The translations under genes and the position numbers were made by a program. The notes below the pieces were generated by a model, which worked only from the letters and a program-made list of their open reading frames with translations, was not told the origin of the DNA and did not search any database. Positions 26,546 through 32,000 of a stretch of 32,000 bases of DNA are shown here, one piece after another. Within the stretch, counting starts at the first letter, position 1; each line of letters begins with the position of its first letter. Origin of the DNA: Halomicronema hongdechloris C2206 (GTDB lineage Bacteria > Cyanobacteriota > Cyanobacteriia > Phormidesmidales > Phormidesmidaceae); the NCBI RefSeq assembly GCF_002075285.3, contig NZ_CP021983.2, positions 2,400,001 through 2,432,000 on the forward strand, in the 5' to 3' direction.

Positions 26546-27148
26546 ATGTTCACATCGTTTTCTATCCAGCAGCAGCTGGCTCAGCAATTTCCCTTTGACC
26601 AGCTGCCTGAGGCCGCTTTAGCTCAGCTTTTACAAGGGGCTCAGCCCTGGCGCTACCGCATCGGTCAGCCCATACTGCGGCGCGAAACCCTGAGCCAGCA
26701 GGTGATGGTAATTCTAGAGGGGCACGCTCGTCTGCTGGGTCAAGATCCTCGCACCCAGCAGCCCACCACCTTGCAGAGATTGGGGCCGGGGGAATTACTG
26801 GGCATCATCAGTCTTATTCGCGGTGTCCCTTGCGAGACAGTGATTGCCTCCACAGAACTGATCGCCCTGCCGCTACCTGCCTACACCATTCTGCAATTCC
26901 TCGAGCAGTACCCTGCTTTTGGCCAGGCCATTTGCGATCGCATCTATTTCATCGAAACCTTTGACCTAATCGCGCAACAAGTCCAAAGTCGAGCTCAAGA
27001 TCCCGGCGATCTCAAGCGTCAGGCCCAACAGGTCTGCGAAACGGCTCGAGTCCATCCCCTCAGCCAAGGTCCAGCCTCCCTACAACATCTAGATCCGACC
27101 TTGACCTGGTGGGGGAGTGGGGCACCGTGCTCAACCATCCTGTCGTAG
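26546..27148 (+). CDS. Cyclic-nucleotide-binding (cNMP/CAP-effector-like) domain protein, probably the detached N-terminal domain of the downstream ABC exporter
   Basis: The beta-roll pattern reads ...GQPILRRETLSQQVMVILEGHARLLGQD......LQRLGPGELLGIISLIRGVPCETVIAST. It ends at TAG 27146-27148, in the same frame as ORF 27197-29530. Confidence 0.75.
   Translation: MFTSFSIQQQLAQQFPFDQLPEAALAQLLQGAQPWRYRIGQPILRRETLSQQVMVILEGHARLLGQDPRTQQPTTLQRLGPGELLGIISLIRGVPCETVIASTELIALPLPAYTILQFLEQYPAFGQAICDRIYFIETFDLIAQQVQSRAQDPGDLKRQAQQVCETARVHPLSQGPASLQHLDPTLTWWGSGAPCSTILS
26934..26941. repeat. HIP1 palindrome GCGATCGC
   Basis: Exact octamer read in the sequence. Confidence 0.95.
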
Positions 27149-27196
27149 TCCTGTCGATCGGCACAGCACCCTGGAGGTCCTCAGTCCCCGGCCCGA

Positions 27197-29530
27197 TTGG
27201 TCGGCTTCCCCCCCCTGACTCCACCCACAGCAGAGACTGCAGACGCAGAGACCACAAGCGCCCCCACCCCTGCCGCCTTTTCAGAAGCCACCGTCTATAC
27301 CGGCGATACCGTCGAGGCCGACACGATTCCCCTAGCGCCACCGCCATCCACCGACGGTGGAGACGACGCTGCAGACACCAAGGGCAACTATCCCCATGTG
27401 CGAGGTCGGGGCGACATTGAGGGCACCCTGGCTTGCTTCGAAATGCTCAGCCAGCTGTTCAACATGCCCTTTCGTCGTGATGTCATCCGTCGAGTCTTGG
27501 TCACCCAGCAGCAGCGACTGGGGCAGGTATCCTTGCCCCTCTGTGGGGCCATCGCCGAAATGGTTGGCCTCCGCAGCCAACTGGTAAAACTGCCCGCCAG
27601 TGCCATGCCCCGGCTGAAGACACCAGCCCTCATTACCTGGCAAGACGGCATTGCCATCCTCTACGAAACCAATCAGAAAACCTATGTGATCGGGGATCCC
27701 GAAGTCGGTATTCGCCGCCGCACCCCCTTAGAGTTTGAAGAGGTCTGGGGGCAATCCGGAGACGTCTTGTTGTTGGAGACCACCAAGGAAACCCCGCAGC
27801 AACGCTTTGGGCTACAGTGGTTCCTTCCCTACCTGAAGCGCTATCGCTGGGTATTATTAGAGGTCTTCGTGGCCTCCTTTTTCGTGCAACTGTTCGGCCT
27901 GGCTAACCCCCTGATGGTGCAGGTGATCATCGATCGAGTCATCGTCCAGAACAGCATCGACACTCTCCATGTCTTGGGCATTTTTCTGGTGGTGGTGGCT
28001 ATCTTCGAGGCCATCCTTAGCAGCTTGCGCACCTATCTGTTCGTCGATACCACCAACCGCATCGACATGTCTCTGGGATCAGAGATCATCGATCACCTAT
28101 TGCGGTTGCCCTTGCGCTATTTCGACCGTCGCCCGGTGGGGGAACTCTCCAGCCGCATCAACGAGTTGGAAAATATCCGGCAGTTCCTCACCGGCACGGC
28201 CTTAACTGTGGTGCTAGATGCGGTCTTCTCCGTCATCTACATCGTGGTCATGTTTATTTACAGCTGGTTGCTCACCCTAGTGGCCCTGGCCAGTATTCCC
28301 CTATTCGTGCTGTTGACAGCCCTGGTCGCGCCCATTGTCCGCCGCCAGTTACGGATTAAGGCTGAGCGCAACGCCGCCACCCAGGCCCACCTGGTAGAGT
28401 CCCTCTCCGGCATCCAGACCGTTAAGGCCCAAAATCTGGAACTACGGACCCGTTGGCGCTGGCAGGAACGCTACGCCCAGTACGTCAGTGCCGGCTTTAA
28501 TACCGTCCTCACCTCCACCACCGCTGGTTCTGCCAGCAACTTTTTGAATAAACTGTCGGCCTTGCTAGTGTTGTGGGTAGGCGCCTACCTAGTGTTGCAG
28601 GGAGAGCTGACCCTGGGCCAATTAATTGCCTTCCGCATCATCTCTGGTTACGTCACCGCCCCAATTCTGCGGCTGGCCCAACTGTGGCAGAATTTCCAGG
28701 AAACAGCCCTGTCCTTGGAGCGCCTCAGTGATATCATCGATCATCCTCAGGAGACAGACGAGGCCGATCGGGATCAAATTCCCATGCCCCATATTCAGGG
28801 ACGGGTGCAGTACGAAAATATCTCCTTCCGCTTTGCCCCCTCCGGTCCCCTGCAGCTAGCCAATGTCAGCTTGGAGTTCGAGGCGGGTCAGTTTGTTGGC
28901 ATTGTCGGCCAGAGCGGGTCTGGCAAGAGTACCCTGATGAAATTACTACCCCGACTTTACACCCCCGATGCTGGACGGATTTTGATTGATCGCTACGATA
29001 TCAGCAAGGTGGAGCTGTATTCCCTGCGGCAGCAAGTGGGTATTGTCCCCCAAGACAGCCTCCTATTCGAGGGCACCATTCAAGAAAACATTGCCCTGAC
29101 CAACCCCGAGGCCGAAATCGAGCGCATCATTGCAGCCGCCCAAGTCGCCTGTGCCCACGACTTCATCATGGATTTGCCCCTGGGCTATAACACTCGGGTC
29201 AGCGAACGGGGGGCCAGCCTATCGGGGGGCCAGCGACAGCGCATCGCCATTGCCCGCACGATCCTGCAGAGGCCTCGTCTACTCATCCTGGACGAAGCCA
29301 CCAGTGCCCTCGACTATGACACCGAACGCCAAGTATGCCTTAACCTGCAGGCCTGGGCCGGGGATCGCACCGTCTTCTTCATTACCCACCGCCTAAACAC
29401 CATTCAGCCGGCGGATCAGATCCTGGTCATGGATCAGGGGGCCGCCGTAGAACAGGGCAGCCATGAGGAGCTGCTGGCCCTGAAAGGACGCTATTACTGC
29501 CTGTACCAACAACAAGCCAGTGCCGTTTAA
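27197..29530 (+). CDS. ABC exporter with an N-terminal C39-like (peptidase-like) domain, HlyB/bacteriocin-exporter type
   Basis: C39-like region (TLACFEMLSQLF ... YVIGDPEVG), six-TM ABC membrane domain, Walker A GQSGSGKST, signature LSGGQRQR, Walker B LLILDEATSALD. The start is uncertain. Only TTG 27197 or GTG 27398 precede the domain; the first in-frame ATG (27443) falls inside it. Confidence 0.9.
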   Translation: MVGFPPLTPPTAETADAETTSAPTPAAFSEATVYTGDTVEADTIPLAPPPSTDGGDDAADTKGNYPHVRGRGDIEGTLACFEMLSQLFNMPFRRDVIRRVLVTQQQRLGQVSLPLCGAIAEMVGLRSQLVKLPASAMPRLKTPALITWQDGIAILYETNQKTYVIGDPEVGIRRRTPLEFEEVWGQSGDVLLLETTKETPQQRFGLQWFLPYLKRYRWVLLEVFVASFFVQLFGLANPLMVQVIIDRVIVQNSIDTLHVLGIFLVVVAIFEAILSSLRTYLFVDTTNRIDMSLGSEIIDHLLRLPLRYFDRRPVGELSSRINELENIRQFLTGTALTVVLDAVFSVIYIVVMFIYSWLLTLVALASIPLFVLLTALVAPIVRRQLRIKAERNAATQAHLVESLSGIQTVKAQNLELRTRWRWQERYAQYVSAGFNTVLTSTTAGSASNFLNKLSALLVLWVGAYLVLQGELTLGQLIAFRIISGYVTAPILRLAQLWQNFQETALSLERLSDIIDHPQETDEADRDQIPMPHIQGRVQYENISFRFAPSGPLQLANVSLEFEAGQFVGIVGQSGSGKSTLMKLLPRLYTPDAGRILIDRYDISKVELYSLRQQVGIVPQDSLLFEGTIQENIALTNPEAEIERIIAAAQVACAHDFIMDLPLGYNTRVSERGASLSGGQRQRIAIARTILQRPRLLILDEATSALDYDTERQVCLNLQAWAGDRTVFFITHRLNTIQPADQILVMDQGAAVEQGSHEELLALKGRYYCLYQQQASAV

Positions 29531-29547
29531 GCGGAGGTAAGAGACCC

Positions 29548-31065
29548 ATGGCGTTAATCAACCGTACTGCTGAGAGTCAAAACGGCAAATCGGTCAGCAG
29601 TCAGTCTCCCAGCTTGCCGCCCGACTTCGACCAGGCGGTAGTACTACGCCAGTCGCCAGTGTGGTCACGGGCAGTGGTGTGGGCCATTGTTGGGGTCACT
29701 AGTGCCACCGTGGCTTGGGCCTGCCTAGCCAAGATCGAAGAAGCAATCCCGGCCCAGGGCAAACTAGAACCCCAGGGGGTGGTGCAGCCGGTGCAAGCTC
29801 CCGTAGGCGGAGTCATCGACCGCCTCCATGTGGAAGAGGGGGAGACAGTCGAGGAAGGAGAGCTGCTGGTGAGTTTTGACCCGGAAGCCACCGAGGCCCA
29901 ACGTCAATCCCTACAGGAAATTCGCCAGAAGCTGATTCAAGAAAACCAGTTTTACCGCGCCCAGTTAGCCGGAGACACGACGACTGCCCGGCCAGATCTT
30001 GCTCCTGAAATCGCTCAGTTGACTCGGAATCGGTCCACTCTAGTGGCTGAAAATGAGCTTTACCGGTTGCAGCTGCAGGGAGTGGGATCCGGTGCTCCCC
30101 TTACCGTCGAACAGCGACAACGGCTGAACACGTCCTTAGAACAGCTGGATTCGAGTCTCTCAGTAGTGGCCTTAGAGGCTGACCAGCTGAATCAACAGCT
30201 GGTTCAAACTCGGGTGCAACTGGCCAACGCCCGCGAAGAGCTACGGGTGAACCAGGAGATCCTCGATCGGATTACTCCCCTGTTTAAGCAGGGGGCTGTG
30301 GCTCAGATTCCCTATCTGCAGCAGCAGCAGCAGGTGAATAATCGCCAGGCCCAGGTGAATAGTTTAGTGGAAGAAGAAGAGCGGCTCCGTTATGCCATTG
30401 CCCAGGCCCAGGAACGACTACGTAATACCTTGCTGCAGTCCCGTGAAGATCTCCAGACCCTGATTGCGGACAATGAATCTGCGATCGCAACTATCGACAG
30501 CCAACTCAACAAAACCATCCTAGAGAACGAAAAACGCCTAGAGGAAATTGAGGGACAACTCACCCAATTAGAACAAACCCGGCGTTATCAACAGCTGCGG
30601 GCTCCGGTCAGTGGGACGATCTTCAACCTGCAAGCCAATGAAGAAGGCTACGTCGTCAATTCCAGCGACCCCGTGCTGGAAATTGTGCCTAACGATACCC
30701 TTGTAGCCCGGGTCTATATCACCAACCGCGACATCGGCTTCGTCAAACAACAGTTCGACCAACAGGACCAACTCAACGTAGATGTGCGTATAGATTCCTA
30801 TCCCTTCAGTGAATTCGGCGACATCGATGGCACCCTGGTACACATCGGCTCCGATGCCCTGCCCCCCAACGACACCCATTCCTACTTCCGCTTCCCGGCG
30901 GAAATCGAGTTATCCCAGCAGGCCCTCAGCCAAGAAGGGTACAGTCTCACCCTGCAGTCAGGCATGTCAGTCAGCGCCAATATTAAGCTGCGCAAGCGCC
31001 GGGTAATTACTATCCTCACCGACCTATTCGTGCGGAAAATCGATAGCTTGAAATCCGGTGGCTAG
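29548..31065 (+). CDS. HlyD-family membrane fusion (periplasmic adaptor) protein
   Basis: GGAGG lies 8 nt upstream of the ATG. One N-terminal TM helix (VVWAIVGVTSATVAWACLA), a lipoyl-like motif (VQAPVGGVIDRLHVEEGETVEEGELLV), a long Gln/Leu-rich coiled coil, and LRAPVSGTIFNL. Confidence 0.9.
   Translation: MALINRTAESQNGKSVSSQSPSLPPDFDQAVVLRQSPVWSRAVVWAIVGVTSATVAWACLAKIEEAIPAQGKLEPQGVVQPVQAPVGGVIDRLHVEEGETVEEGELLVSFDPEATEAQRQSLQEIRQKLIQENQFYRAQLAGDTTTARPDLAPEIAQLTRNRSTLVAENELYRLQLQGVGSGAPLTVEQRQRLNTSLEQLDSSLSVVALEADQLNQQLVQTRVQLANAREELRVNQEILDRITPLFKQGAVAQIPYLQQQQQVNNRQAQVNSLVEEEERLRYAIAQAQERLRNTLLQSREDLQTLIADNESAIATIDSQLNKTILENEKRLEEIEGQLTQLEQTRRYQQLRAPVSGTIFNLQANEEGYVVNSSDPVLEIVPNDTLVARVYITNRDIGFVKQQFDQQDQLNVDVRIDSYPFSEFGDIDGTLVHIGSDALPPNDTHSYFRFPAEIELSQQALSQEGYSLTLQSGMSVSANIKLRKRRVITILTDLFVRKIDSLKSGG
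30481..30488. repeat. HIP1 palindrome GCGATCGC
   Basis: Exact octamer read in the sequence. Confidence 0.95.
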
Positions 31066-31239
31066 CCAAAGGGGAATGAGCCATTTCGAGCGGCACGACT
31101 CCCTGGGCTCAGGAGGGTGTAGCTTTACTCTACTATCACCCGGGATAATGCCGGGCATTTTCCAAGCTGAATTCTTACAGAACTTACCGCCTCGAGTCGG
31201 TATATTTAGGTGGAAAGACCCATTAAACTTAACGATCTC

Positions 31240-31968
31240 ATGGGAAAGACCTACCAACGGGTACTACTCAAATTGAGCGGTGAGGCCCTCATGGGCACCA
31301 TGTCCTATGGGATTGACGGCACCGTCGTTCAGACCATCGCCCAAGAGATAGCCGACGTCGTCAGAAGCGGCGTTCAGATTGCCATCGTCGTCGGCGGTGG
31401 CAATATTTTTCGCGGCATTAAGGGGGCAGCGGCGGGCATGGATCGGGCTACCGCCGATTACATCGGCATGATTGCCACCGTCATGAACGCCATGACCCTA
31501 CAAGATGCCTTAGAACAGATGGGAGTCCCGACCCGCGTCCAAACGGCTATCGCCATGCAGGAAGTGGCAGAACCCTATATTCGCCGTCGCGCCATTCGCC
31601 ATCTAGAAAAGAACCGGGTGGTTATATTTGGGGCTGGATCTGGCAACCCCTTCTTCACCACTGACACCACAGCGGCTCTGCGGGCGGCTGAAATCAATGC
31701 TGACGTGGTCTTTAAGGCGACCCAGGTGGATGGCGTCTACGACTGCGATCCGAAACTCAATCCCGATGCCAAACGCTATCAAAGCCTAACCTATAGCCAT
31801 GTGCTAGCCCATGATCTTAAGGTAATGGATAGTACTGCGATCGCATTATGCAAAGATAACAACATCCCGATCATGGTATTTGACCTATCTAGGCGCGGTA
31901 ACATTCACCGAGCCGTGGTAGGAGAGTCCATTGGCACAATTGTGGGGGATTCCTGTGAAGTTCGATAG
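31240..31968 (+). CDS. pyrH: UMP kinase
   Basis: [72 protein letters not shown] 31240 gives the canonical N-terminus; the ORF-track start is GTG 31210. Confidence 0.95.
   Translation: MGKTYQRVLLKLSGEALMGTMSYGIDGTVVQTIAQEIADVVRSGVQIAIVVGGGNIFRGIKGAAAGMDRATADYIGMIATVMNAMTLQDALEQMGVPTRVQTAIAMQEVAEPYIRRRAIRHLEKNRVVIFGAGSGNPFFTTDTTAALRAAEINADVVFKATQVDGVYDCDPKLNPDAKRYQSLTYSHVLAHDLKVMDSTAIALCKDNNIPIMVFDLSRRGNIHRAVVGESIGTIVGDSCEVR
31837..31844. repeat. HIP1 palindrome GCGATCGC
   Basis: Exact octamer read in the sequence. Confidence 0.95.
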
Positions 31969-32000
31969 CATCGATGAAATCGAAGAGGCAATGCAGAAGG
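31955..32000 (+). CDS. frr: Ribosome recycling factor, first 15 codons (runs off the window)
   Basis: GTG 31955 overlaps the pyrH stop. The translation [15 protein letters not shown] resembles the frr N-terminus (..L.E.EE.MQKS). The pyrH-frr gene order is widely conserved. Confidence 0.55.
   Translation, partial: MKFDSIDEIEEAMQK

Noticed and set aside
27109-27420. A 103-aa ORF in the +1 frame across the sensor/exporter junction.
   Set aside because: It is not an independent gene. After about 20 protein-like codons it degenerates into an Arg-rich off-frame string. I used only its first part as evidence for the frameshift reconstruction.
1-32000. A search for CRISPR arrays, tRNA/rRNA genes, insertion sequences and known defence-system genes.
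   Set aside because: There are no regularly spaced direct repeats and no T-loop (GGTTCGAA)-type tRNA signatures in the intergenic regions. There are no rRNA-like segments and no transposase, integrase or Cas-like ORFs. Uma2 and DUF433 are the only nuclease- or TA-associated families, and each is a single gene without partners.

Overview
This looks like a cyanobacterial chromosomal segment. Supporting evidence: 11 copies of the HIP1 palindrome GCGATCGC, a Ycf66-family ORF, and gene families typical of cyanobacteria. Most of it is high-GC (about 58-62% by eye) and densely coding. Housekeeping genes I recognise with confidence are dxr, rbsK, a bifunctional RelA/SpoT (p)ppGpp enzyme, a YjbQ-family gene, pyrH and the start of frr. 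Accessory content, in order: (1) an AT-rich patch at the left edge with an orphan DUF433 gene. (2) A COG0701 permease + DUF1980/TIGR03943 operon; its third gene has a 5' end broken across three reading frames. (3) A low-GC island of about 7.8 kb (9.0-16.8 kb, roughly 40-45% GC by eye) with four GT-B glycosyltransferases and a 657-aa polytopic GT-C-like membrane protein. (4) Two tandem, unusually long carotenoid-oxygenase (CCD/RPE65) superfamily genes that share a helical insertion. (5) A Uma2-family endonuclease gene. (6) A type-I-secretion-like module: cNMP-binding domain, C39-like ABC exporter and HlyD. The sensor domain and the exporter are in the same frame, separated by a single TAG. I found no tRNA, rRNA, CRISPR array, transposase or integrase. 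The most interesting items are the long CCD pair, the interrupted cNMP-gated exporter and the glycosyltransferase island. All functional calls come from motif recognition by eye; no database search was run.
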